This document shows, piece after piece, positions 22,601-32,646 of a stretch of DNA of 64,000 nucleotides. The stretch covers positions 1,054,001 through 1,118,000 of the forward strand of contig OX337229.1 in assembly GCA_946965045.2 (NCBI GenBank), given 5' to 3'. Within the stretch, counting starts at the first letter, position 1; each line of letters opens with the position of its first letter. The DNA is from Epithemia pelagica (lineage: Eukaryota > Protista > Bacillariophyta). The notes below the pieces were generated by a model that saw only the letters and a list, made by a program, of their open reading frames with translations, did not search any database and had not been told where the DNA came from. A program made the position numbers and the translations under genes.

Positions 22601-24055
22601 GGTCGTGCCAGTTCAGGTTTAGTGCCAATCGATGAAGACGAAGAGGAAGAAGAGGAGGAGCAGACTGACGGGGAACCCTCAATTTGGCATGCTGGTGATT
22701 GGACCGGGCCAATCGCGTTACAACCTGACTACCGACTAAGCGGCGAAAGTGAACGCAGCAAAACACACGATGTTGTTGCTGTGTCTCCTGAAGGGGTCAA
22801 GGTTATCACCATAGAATTTTCGATGCTCCATGCAATCTTGAAAGCTGGGTCGTCCTTGTACGGTAGATACCTTGAAAGGAAAACGCATCAGGAAAGGGCA
22901 AAGATGGATGGTTCGCAGAGTGACAGGCTATCAAATGCTACACCCACTGATCAACTTTTAGACGAAGCTATGCGGACGATGAACGTGTTGGAGCTTCTGA
23001 ATTGCAATTCTGCTTTGAGAAAGCTTAGTGCAGTGCAGAAACGTCATTTGGAGAGTTTGGCTGAGGGACCGATTAGTTTCCAGCCAGGCGAACGTTTGTG
23101 GCGTGCAGGAACTCCTGTGGACCGAGCATTCGTTATTGTGTCAGGCACGGCGTCATTTGTTCCCAAGCGGAGAAATGCTGGTTCAGCGGCCTTTCAACCA
23201 GTTCAGAGTGAAAAAGACAAGCTAGGGGATCCCAGTGTTGGTGACTCCATGCGTGTGGATGCCATGAAGGCGATGAAAGAGCTGGGGGTGAAGAACAACC
23301 CAACCCAGGTGGTTCACGATGACGGTTCCATGTCTTCTGCAGAATCTGGTGGAGAAAAGGCTCCGCAGCACATTCATTATGATACTTTGTTCAGCCGCAC
23401 GACCAACCCAGACGCGACTTCTCTAACAGACGCTAATGATTACACGAAACTGAGCCGAGGCTTGCAGAAACGCGCTGACTTCCTAAGGGGGGGATCTGTA
23501 TCATCAGAAATAAGCCCCGAAAGATCCGATGGCGAGAGTGAGGAAGGTGGAGACACTGACCAGGAATCTCAACTTGACTATACGTTCACCGATGAGCAAG
23601 ACCCAGGAACGAGATCAAGGCGAACATCTGTTCTTCGAAGACGCTCCTCCAGAGCAAGATTCGCCAACAAGGTCCTTGGCCGACTATACAGTCGACGAGC
23701 TTTCACGGGAGGACTTGTCTTTAGTCGTGGACACTTTCTTGGTGATGTGTCTAGAATGGTCGCGGGTCTTCTCTCCAGCGATACAGCATCCGAACTCAAC
23801 GAGGATTTTGGTCACCCTTATGGTTTTGGCGACTCAGGTGGGGATGGATTCACTGGAGATAACGTTCTTGAAACGATAACAGAGTTGATCATTCACGAAC
23901 AAGAAGGTGACCACCACATCATGCACAGCTCTACACTCACTGCGGGAAAAGAAGGATGCGTTGTGTTGCTCTTTAGCAAGTCTGCGTTGATTCCGTTTTT
24001 GGATGAGTATCCTGGTCTTCTTCTCAGCCTACTTGGTACGCAGGTTGTTGTCTAG
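19620..24055 (+). CDS. Metallo-beta-lactamase-fold hydrolase with C-terminal cyclic-nucleotide-binding domain(s); 4 exons (introns 20121-20211, 20864-20930, 22357-22440)
   Basis: All three introns are GT-AG and restore the frame (GRVQ|FGIPPETIKD; FM-G-DVATIWP; FLS-S-LSYAS). THCHADHDAG (HxHxDH), HTIP, FTGDH, LHE and IHTP are present, plus a cNMP-like block FQPGERLWRAGTPVDRAFVIVSG. Confidence 0.88.
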
Positions 24056-24245
24056 ATGAAGTTTTGGGAGAGCGAAGAGTCATGTTAGCTAGCACTGGCG
24101 CTTCTAATGATAATGAACGTGAGACAGGAAATCCTATTTCTTTCTCATTTACAGCATTTATCCTAGTCTCACTAGTCACTAGGTGTTCCAAAACGATTTT
24201 TTAAATTGAAAATGTCGAAGATGAAGCCGGACGCAATTCCATTTT

Positions 24246-25115
24246 CTACTTAAAGATATCCTTCCTGCTATCACTCAGGTCTTCCAAAACGAGTTTTGCG
24301 GATGTCCCTGGTACATCAGTGCGTCTTCCAAACACCCTAAATTCCTCTGCTTTGTCCCTATGGACAGCGTCAAAGCCATCGTCCTCATCACGCAACAAAA
24401 CTGGTGTTTCGAGATATTTCAAGCAGCATGTGAGCATATATCTGTGTCTCTCTTGATGCCTTTCATCCGGAAGCTCGTGTGTTTCGCCATACTCTTTGTA
24501 AACTTGCGCAACGAAGTCGTCGAGGTCGACATCAGATTCTCGTTCCCTCCTCTTCAACAGATCGTAGATATCCAAAATATCGCCTTGCTTGAAGATTCGA
24601 GCAGTTTCACGATCTGCTCTCCTCGAAAAGTTGGTAGTTCTTTTGGTCTCAAAACCTTCAATCCTTTCGACCAGAGGCATGCTTTCCACGCGACGTCCAC
24701 CACTGGGGCTCCACTCCTCCTTATCAAAGTCATCCTCCTCATCATCATCGTCGGCTGTTTCCTCGGACCCTCGCAAATGTCGAGGTAGCCTAGGTTGCTT
24801 CTTGGTCGGCGGTTCTGTCGTTGATAATGTCTCTTCTACGACAGGATTGACACGGATGAATTCGAACAAGTCAGGTGCCATTTCTTGGTCAGGTTTTCGT
24901 TTTTGAAGGGACTGGAGATGCTCGTATTGCTGGCGTTCTTTCTCCGACAATTGTGATACGGGATCGAGGTCGTTGTTTCCCGGTGGCTTGGTCGCCGCCG
25001 TTCGTCTCCCTGTCGATCCAATCAATAGACAGCGACGACGACATGAAAGGCTGACAATCCCATTCAGGCTTGAACGCGCAACGGATTTCATCATGGTTGT
25101 TTGGTTTTCATCCAT
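24246..25115 (-). CDS. Hypothetical protein, probably mitochondrial
   Basis: 289-aa ORF with an Arg/Ser-rich N-terminus (MKSVARSS...RRRCLL...RRTAATK) followed by a charged region. No family recognised. Confidence 0.7.
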   Translation of the reverse strand: MDENQTTMMKSVARSSLNGIVSLSCRRRCLLIGSTGRRTAATKPPGNNDLDPVSQLSEKERQQYEHLQSLQKRKPDQEMAPDLFEFIRVNPVVEETLSTTEPPTKKQPRLPRHLRGSEETADDDDEEDDFDKEEWSPSGGRRVESMPLVERIEGFETKRTTNFSRRADRETARIFKQGDILDIYDLLKRRERESDVDLDDFVAQVYKEYGETHELPDERHQERHRYMLTCCLKYLETPVLLRDEDDGFDAVHRDKAEEFRVFGRRTDVPGTSAKLVLEDLSDSRKDIFK

Positions 25116-25249
25116 GGTGTTGTCGGAACGAGATGATGTACACCCCAGTAATTAATCACAAAGATATTACTCAAATCAATAAGCATTATCACAAACCTAA
25201 TGCTCGGTTGTAATATGTTCCTGACTCACCAATCGAACAGCTTCCGACA

Positions 25250-26344
25250 ATGGCGGTTGTTCGTTTGGTCCCCTTTATCCAGAGCTCCCTGTCATTGCCA
25301 CATGTACAAGTCGTCTTGTTGACTACGTGGCTTATTTTATGCTTGGCAGATGGCTATCTTGTGAGACATGTAAACGTGGGAGTACGACGGCAACCATGCT
25401 TTGTGTGCCATGGTCCACGGGATTGTTGCCCAATTCCTGCTGGGCTTGGGCCTCGATTGCAACCTCAACTTCCAACGGCACTTTCTTCGGCCTCATCTGG
25501 AACAGAGTATTCTTCTTCAGAGATATATGATTCCTTGTTTGGAGTGACATTGAAAATAGCTCTGGATGCCAATGGTGGAGTGGCAGAACTCGACAGTGAA
25601 GAATCGGAGCGATTTACCTCACCAGCCTCCCTCGACATGGTACATCGACTACGACGAGATTGCAATGCCGTGTTGGTAGGTCGTGGTACAGTGCAAGCGG
25701 ACAATCCATCGCTCACTGTACGGCGTGTCAAACCGCGTTGTGACGACGAAACTGGAGAGGAAATTCAACCTCTGCGAGTGGTGCTGGATCCCACCTTTTC
25801 CTTGCCTTTGGAGCAATTTTCCAATGAAAAGACGTATCGACTCTTTGATGATGGGCATCCAACAGTGGTCTATCACACACTTGCCAATGTGGACTACGAA
25901 ACACTGGCGTTTCTCGATAGTGTGGAATTTGTAAGACTACCCTCTGTTTCCAGAGAGCACAATGAGAAAATTTCTTCCTTTTCGGAATCAGCTACACCAG
26001 AGGTTGGCAATGACACAGAATCAGCATCAAAGGACACAAATCTGTTGTCGGTTTCCAACATCATGTCAGACCTATCACAACGATATGGTACAAAACACTT
26101 GATGGTCGAAGGAGGACCGATTACAGCACAGAGTTTTTTGAGAGCGATGCTTGTGGACCGAGCGATCGTAGTCAAAGCACCGGTCCGGTTTCGAAAGCCA
26201 CTGCAGTCTGGAATCACATCCAATCTGTTGCAGGATGCAGGCTTGGTACTGTTAGGGACGTATGAACTTGACTCGGATGTCGTGGAATGCTGGTCTAGAC
26301 CTCATCTCGAATGGCCATCCAAAGACATTGAGAGTTGGCCCTGA
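25250..26344 (+). CDS. Stand-alone RibD C-terminal (pyrimidine reductase/DHFR-like) domain protein with presequence
   Basis: VTLKIALDANG, VHRLRRDCNAVLVGRGTVQADNPSLTVR, PLRVVLD and LMVEGG...LVDRAIVVKAP are present. There is no deaminase domain. Confidence 0.88.
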   Translation: MAVVRLVPFIQSSLSLPHVQVVLLTTWLILCLADGYLVRHVNVGVRRQPCFVCHGPRDCCPIPAGLGPRLQPQLPTALSSASSGTEYSSSEIYDSLFGVTLKIALDANGGVAELDSEESERFTSPASLDMVHRLRRDCNAVLVGRGTVQADNPSLTVRRVKPRCDDETGEEIQPLRVVLDPTFSLPLEQFSNEKTYRLFDDGHPTVVYHTLANVDYETLAFLDSVEFVRLPSVSREHNEKISSFSESATPEVGNDTESASKDTNLLSVSNIMSDLSQRYGTKHLMVEGGPITAQSFLRAMLVDRAIVVKAPVRFRKPLQSGITSNLLQDAGLVLLGTYELDSDVVECWSRPHLEWPSKDIESWP

Positions 26345-26493
26345 AACCACTCAACCAATCTCACGAAAACGAAGAACGCGCGAAAGAACGCCAATCGAGA
26401 AAAAGAGAAATGGCTACCATAGAGTATGGGCACTAGTACTAATAGAACACTGTCTTGTGGCCAACATCACGTCTAGAATTATCTGGTCTCTTT

Positions 26494-27596
26494 TCATTTT
26501 AGCAAACTTGGCATGGCCGGCATTGGAATGTGTGATGTCTTTGTTTTGATCACTTCATCAATGATACCATAGTCAACCGCTTGATACGGGGACATGAAAA
26601 AGTCACGGTCCGTATCTTCTTCAATCTTTTCAACGGGTTGATCGGTGTAATCGGCAATGTATTTATTCAACAAGGCTTTGGTGTACAGAATTTCCTTGGC
26701 CTGAATTTCAATATCCTGTGCGGCACCTTGCGCACCACCCAAAGGTTGATGAATCATGATACGTGCATTGGGGAGTGACTTGCGTTTGCCGGGTGTCCCT
26801 GCCCCCAACAAAAAGGCTCCCATACTGGCCGCCATGCCAAAGCAAACCGTTTGCACATCGCAGGGAATAAACTTCATGGTGTCAAAAATCGCCAACCCTG
26901 CCGAAACAGAACCTACAACAAAGAAACAGGAAAATGATATACCAGATTAGAAAATGGCCAACAAAGCAAGCAACCGAATGGACAAACAAGTCTCTCCGTA
27001 GCGTACCTCCAGGAGAATTGATGTACAAGGTAATGTCCCGGTTGGGATCTTGATTGGCCAGATACAAAAGTTGGGCAACCAAGACATTGGCGACTTCGTC
27101 GTTGACGTCCGTTCCTAGCAAGAGAATGCGGTCTTTCAACAAGCGACTAACCACATCCAATTGACCCGATTCGCCATCCACTGTCGGCAAAGGAGGAGGG
27201 CGTGGAGGCTTGGGGGCTGGTTTGGCAGGCTTTTCTGGTTGAGGCTGCAAGAACGAAACATGACAAGGAAAATGGTAAGTGACGGAGTGATTCCAATCAT
27301 CTTGTCCAATAAGAAGGAAATCAAACTGTGAACTTACATCGTCTGGCATCATGTAGGGACTTGAAGAAAGACTTCTCCACCTGTCAAAAAAGGTACCAGA
27401 ACATTTCCAGAAATAAGTGTATAAGAATCCCTCTCTGTAGATGTACAATTCCCTCTCTGTAAGGGAAAAGCTTGACATACCTCATCGTGCCCTGCGACGG
27501 GCTTGAGTTGGCCACATGAAAGGCATCTGTAAAGAATCCCAGACAAAAAAATGTCCACAGTGAGCCAGTCGAGTACAGCCGTGCAACCCGAAACAT
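26494..27596 (-). CDS. clpP: ATP-dependent Clp protease proteolytic subunit, plastid-targeted; 4 exons (introns 27381-27480, 27245-27337, 26913-27006)
   Basis: [18 protein letters not shown]|[14 protein letters not shown] (catalytic Ser), RIMIHQP (His) and DTDRDFFMS (Asp) are present. The presequence contains TDAFHV, and all junctions restore the frame. Confidence 0.95.
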
Positions 27597-28037
27597 CTAC
27601 AACAAACTCATTTCTACACTACTCAAGCCGTAACCTACCGCTTGTCGAAAGCGCAAACGCAGCGACCAAGATTGGTCCAATCTGCCGACGGATCATCATC
27701 ATGGTGGATTCTTTGTGTGTTGCGAAAGATTTTTTGCGTGCAAAAGGATGACGAAGCAGCGACCAAAGAATCAACATCGGCCTGTCCGTCGACCGTCTGG
27801 TCGAAACACGTGGACCCTTTAAATTTTGTGTGCAAGAGCACGTCTGTGGGGGTAGGTGTTTCATCGTATGTGTTGCATGATTGCGACAACCAGAAAAGCA
27901 AATTGAGTGGCACACATGTGTTCGTAGAGGACTTGGCAACCTAACAAGCATACGACAAAGACGAGATTGGGAAAACGAACAACAATACAAAGGAGTGGCG
28001 AGTAGTGCAGTACGAGTGAAGGTGAAGAGATTTGCAA

Positions 28038-30141
28038 ATGTCGCGCAACAATCGCTTTGACGACGGACAGGACGATGGAGGCCGTGGACGCGACTTTGGT
28101 CGACCCGGTGGTGGTTCTCGAGGAGATGGCTACCGAGGAGGAGGCTACGGAAATAGCAGTCGCAGTGATGGAGGGAATTGGAGAAGTGGTGGTGGTGGCG
28201 GAGGCTCGCGCTTCGAGGGAGGAGGAGCGTCTTCCTCTGGACAACGTCCTCGATTGAATTTGAAACCACGTACCGTGGATGGAGGAGCAGCAGCTGCTGC
28301 CAATGGAACAAGCGGCAACGACTCCGAAACGACCAAGTTGTCGAAAATGAGCATTTCGGATCAAGGAGGAGGTGCTTCTGCGGATGGAGACTCGAGGCCA
28401 CGTAGGGAACCGTCCTCGGTCAATACCAGAGCGGCAGCCTTTGGGTCTGCCCCCGATTATCGACACTCGGAGTTGCGAACGCGAGAGGTAGGCTTCTTTC
28501 AAGAGTTCTGGCAAGACTTGGCGGAAACAATGCTTCTAACGTGTTTTTGTGTGTCGTTCCTCTTGAAAATGATAGCAGGGTCGTGCTCCACCAGCCAGTA
28601 CGAATAGGGGTCCACCACCAGTTGCCAACAAGCGGATTGCCCAGTTGGCAGATGAAGAGCGAGAAAGAGACAGGGAACGTGGTCCTCCCGAGGGGGGAGA
28701 TGACCGACGCGGACCACGACCACAAGGACCTCCTCCTGTAGCCAATTCACGGTTTGCAGCTGCCGCTGCCATGGCCAAAGACGAGGGCGACAATAACATG
28801 GATAGTCGTGGTCCGGGTGGTGGTGGTCGATATGCCGATCGGGAGCGTGGACCACCTCCGACACAGAATTCACGCTTCGCAGCTGCGGCTGAGAGTGATC
28901 GAGACGCTCCGTATGATCGTGATTCAGGCGGTGGTGGTCGCTATTCGGACCGCGAGAGGGTTCCACCACCGACGCAGAATTCTCGATTTGCCCAAGCGGC
29001 TGCTGCCGATAGTGACTATCAGGAGCGGGGTCGTGGTCCTCCGCCGGGTCCAAGGTACTCGGATCGTGATCGTGGTCCTCCACCCGCACAGAATTCACGC
29101 TTTGCCATGGCAGCGGCCGCCGACGAGGATTATGCGGACCGTCAGAGAGGTCCTCGTGATCGTGACGGTGGTGGTCGCGATGGCATGGGTAGAGGAGGAT
29201 ATGGTCGCGATGAACGTCGTGGCTATGGTGGTGAGCGACGCTTTGGTAATAATGGCCCTCGGGACTATAATGACTTACCACGTGGTCCACGCAGTTCCAT
29301 GGGAGACTTACCAAGAGGGCCACGAAGTAGTCAAATGGATGACCTTCCCAGAGGGCCACGCTCATCCATGGGTGTTGAGTCTTCGTCTTCATCAAGAGTG
29401 GATGAACTTCTCAAACCCAAACTAAAGAACGTTGCGTCTGACAATATTCTCAAAGCACCGAACGCAAAACCAGCACCGGAACACGAGGCAAATATGCTTT
29501 CTCTTCCATCCAAGGCCCGCGCAAAGGAAGATGACGAAGATCTGTTTATGAAACCATCGAAGAAAGCGGAAAGTAAACCGAAAGAGCCCGAACCTGCCGC
29601 AAAGAAAGAAGCTGCTGCTCCCGCAGTATCAAGCGAAGAATCAAAACGCCTCATGGAAGAATTCGCTTCCGGAACTAGGAAAGGAGAAGATCTCAAAGCA
29701 TGGGTTGAAGAAAATCGTGAATCGCTACCAACGATCGACCAACTTGTTTTTACATTGCTAGTGGAACAAGAGAAACTCAATCCTGACCCAGAATGTGCAT
29801 GGGCAGAGAAGGCAAATTTTGGTGCTGCACTTTTGTCTCTTGTGGAGGATGATATTGTAGGCCAAATGCAAGTGCTCTGGGGAATTCAGTTCTACTGTGA
29901 TAAGATTGGTTTCCCAAAACTTAATGATGAATATATCGTCCAAGCCATGTTCCGAGGCATGTACAAGTATGACTTGGCGGAAGAAGATGCTTTTACGGAA
30001 TGGAAAGAGGACGAGACCGAAGCTTGTGAGAAAGGAAAGCTGAAGGCGATTATCCAAACAGTCGAATGGTTTAACTGGCTAGCTGAAGCAGATGATGACG
30101 AAGAAGAAGACGACGAAGGTGAAGAAGAAGAGGAAGAATAG
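28038..30141 (+). CDS. RGG/DR-rich repeat protein with eIF4B/eIF4H-like motif and C-terminal W2 (eIF4G/eIF5/eIF2B-epsilon-type) domain; intron 28488-28578
   Basis: The phase-0 GT-AG intron joins the 450-nt exon 1 to GRAPPAST...LADEERERD. The motif RPRLNLKPRTV is present. The C-terminus MYKYDLAEEDAFTEWKED...AIIQTVEWFNWLAEADDDEEE has W2 aromatic/acidic boxes. Confidence 0.85.
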
Positions 30142-30264
30142 GCGCTGTTTCTATCACGCCTGTCAATTGGTCGATTCCATGTTAGTGGGATTATTATATA
30201 ATGCATTTGCGAGCAGATATCTATTCCTGACATTGATTTTTCATTCTAAAGTTAAACAAGATGT

Positions 30265-32295
30265 CTACCTTCTCAACCGGAGTTCTTTCATAAGATCATT
30301 GTACTTTGCACTGACCTTCATCAGTTTATCACTTCCCTCTGTCTTTCGTTTTTGGGCATCTTCGATTTGTGATTGAAGACGAGTCTTCTCGCTGGAGGTT
30401 AGCGCTGTTGCAAGTCGCTGTCGTAGAATGCCTTCATCTTGCATTGCATCTGAAATCTCGGTCAATATCGGATTTGATTCATTCAACTGGGCGGTGAAGT
30501 AGTCGACACGAGTTTGTTCGTATTCTTGCTTGGTCTTGTCGCCTTGAGCTCGGGCATTCGAGACTCCGTGCAATGCCTTGCTGACTTCAATACTCAGAAA
30601 AAGTGTCAGAAAGTTTCGAATACCAAAGCCGCCACATCCTGGTCGGATGAGAGGTTGACAGCCATTACCATCTGGACTCTTTGCACATACTCGTTCAATA
30701 AATTCAAAAAATGGTGCTTCATCACTAGCCTTTCTGTGAAGTATTTTGCAGGTAAAGATTTGATACAACAAGTCTTTTCCCTGAATGTCAACCAAAATTT
30801 GGTTCCGAACAATGCTGAGATACTTCTCTTCTGTGATAGAGCTTCTCAAAAGACTGTAGAGGTTCTTGTACCGTGACTGCATTATGATTTGGAGAATCTC
30901 ATCCTTATGTTGCATGCATTCATCATGCCAGCCGGAGTCACCTAGGAAATCGTTTAGGACGGAACTGAGACCATTTTGTGAAAGGTCGAGATCAACAGCT
31001 CCATCATGAGCGACGAGGTTATTGTGATCCAACGCGTTCCATATCTGTGTAGCGCATTCTCTCGATACAATCTTTTGCATGTCAGCAGCATCCAGGACAC
31101 CGTAGTAACTCCGAGGGATATTCAGAAACGTGAAACCTTCACCCGTGATTCGACGTTGATCATTGACCTGCTGCACAAAGCTGACAAGATCTTCGACCCT
31201 GGACGCAACGTGCTGAACGCCCTGTCCAATCTCGTTCAAGAACAAATGGACATGGCCAACTTCGGACAATGCATTGTTGATGGGGAGGTAGACCTGGCTT
31301 TGATCTTTCAAGGCGACGACGGGATCAGTCGTAAACAGAGATGACTTGTTTCCAGCAACAGTGGATTCGATTTGGGCTTCTCCAGCAGCAACTACTCCAG
31401 CATTGAAGTCGACCTTGATGTCAAAACCTAGAGTTTCATTCAGAATATCAAGAAATTCTGTGCGGTGGACAACGTTCGAAACCCAATGATCACAATAGGC
31501 AGGAAAACTGCTGTCAGGGAAGGACGCATCCATCTTGACTATACCAGGCAAGTACCTATGCTTCTGTTGTACTGGCATCTCCATAAACCGTAGCACAGTG
31601 CCTTTATCAGCCTCACAACCATTTTCTGGTTGACTGTGTTGTCGATAAAATGCATAGACTTCCAGGATCCTGACAGAAGCAGTGTCCGAGTATTCCTCGT
31701 AGTGCGAAACGAGCTTTGGTTGACGTTCCATGTATCTTTCGTGTATCGTTTCCACATTGTCCACTAAGAACGCCAACACGGCCACGCCCTGCCGATTGTT
31801 GTGCTCTTTGTAGAATGTTGCAACTTGAGCTGCATCAAAATGGTGAAAGGGGTCTCGTGTTGTTGGCGCCGCATTGTGATCTATCGCTGTCACCAAAATC
31901 TGAATCCCGTTTGGATCTCGAGATGTCAAGAGCACAGAACGAGTGTTGGTCGTAACCGTACTGTTTTCAAGGTTGGAATAGCGGGCACCAGTGACTCGAA
32001 AGCCAAAAGCAACCAGCATTTGTCGAACAACATCACGATTCTGGGAAGCAAACTCTTTTGGATCTGCTTCATTTCCTGATAATCCATTGCTTGAAGTCTT
32101 TCCGACGATAGATGTCCATATGTCCTTCGCTTTCTGTTCGTTCTTTTGATTCAGGGCGGCGCCAGCATCTAGATCCAAGTGTTGACGCTGTCTCGACAGC
32201 TCGTCCAGTTCTCCTTCTAGCTTCTTGTACACATCCAACTCATCGAGATAATCGACGTAGAGATGAACATGGAAGAACGATACTGTTGGAAGCAT
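30265..32295 (-). CDS. 4-hydroxyphenylpyruvate dioxygenase-like (glyoxalase/VOC superfamily) protein
   Basis: YCDHWVSNV, QVYLPINN, GQGVQHVA, FLNIPRSYY, ILVD...LYQIFT, PFFEFIER and GCGGFGIRNFLTLF are present, with His/His/Glu iron ligands. The start is taken at 32295; the frame is open from 32379. Confidence 0.88.
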   Translation of the reverse strand: MLPTVSFFHVHLYVDYLDELDVYKKLEGELDELSRQRQHLDLDAGAALNQKNEQKAKDIWTSIVGKTSSNGLSGNEADPKEFASQNRDVVRQMLVAFGFRVTGARYSNLENSTVTTNTRSVLLTSRDPNGIQILVTAIDHNAAPTTRDPFHHFDAAQVATFYKEHNNRQGVAVLAFLVDNVETIHERYMERQPKLVSHYEEYSDTASVRILEVYAFYRQHSQPENGCEADKGTVLRFMEMPVQQKHRYLPGIVKMDASFPDSSFPAYCDHWVSNVVHRTEFLDILNETLGFDIKVDFNAGVVAAGEAQIESTVAGNKSSLFTTDPVVALKDQSQVYLPINNALSEVGHVHLFLNEIGQGVQHVASRVEDLVSFVQQVNDQRRITGEGFTFLNIPRSYYGVLDAADMQKIVSRECATQIWNALDHNNLVAHDGAVDLDLSQNGLSSVLNDFLGDSGWHDECMQHKDEILQIIMQSRYKNLYSLLRSSITEEKYLSIVRNQILVDIQGKDLLYQIFTCKILHRKASDEAPFFEFIERVCAKSPDGNGCQPLIRPGCGGFGIRNFLTLFLSIEVSKALHGVSNARAQGDKTKQEYEQTRVDYFTAQLNESNPILTEISDAMQDEGILRQRLATALTSSEKTRLQSQIEDAQKRKTEGSDKLMKVSAKYNDLMKELRLRR

Positions 32296-32646
32296 GCTTC
32301 GTTTTCTCTGTTGAGATGTCTCTCTACAAATGGCATCAATCTTGAGTCGACGAAAGATGCTGTGATCCTTCTGCCACAAATGACATGGTCGATGTCATAT
32401 GGTTGGAATTCGCTTCCGATTCTCGACCCGCACACGATAACGACTAACCAAGACTAAAATCCATAACAGGTTCGAGGTCCGACGACGAATACCCGCCCCG
32501 TTTTCCGGATGCCTGCAGAAATAGAACTACCTACAAACTACGGATACAAAAGAGGGCAAAATCAAAATCCTAGAGGAGCACCTACTTTTTCCACTTGCTC
32601 GATTCTCGACATCAAAAGTGATAGCACAACAAATGGTTATTCCTAA

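Noticed and set aside
28754-29425. 223-aa alternative-frame ORF and the 298-aa antisense ORF 28499-29395
   Set aside because: Artefacts of the low-complexity repeat region of the W2 protein.
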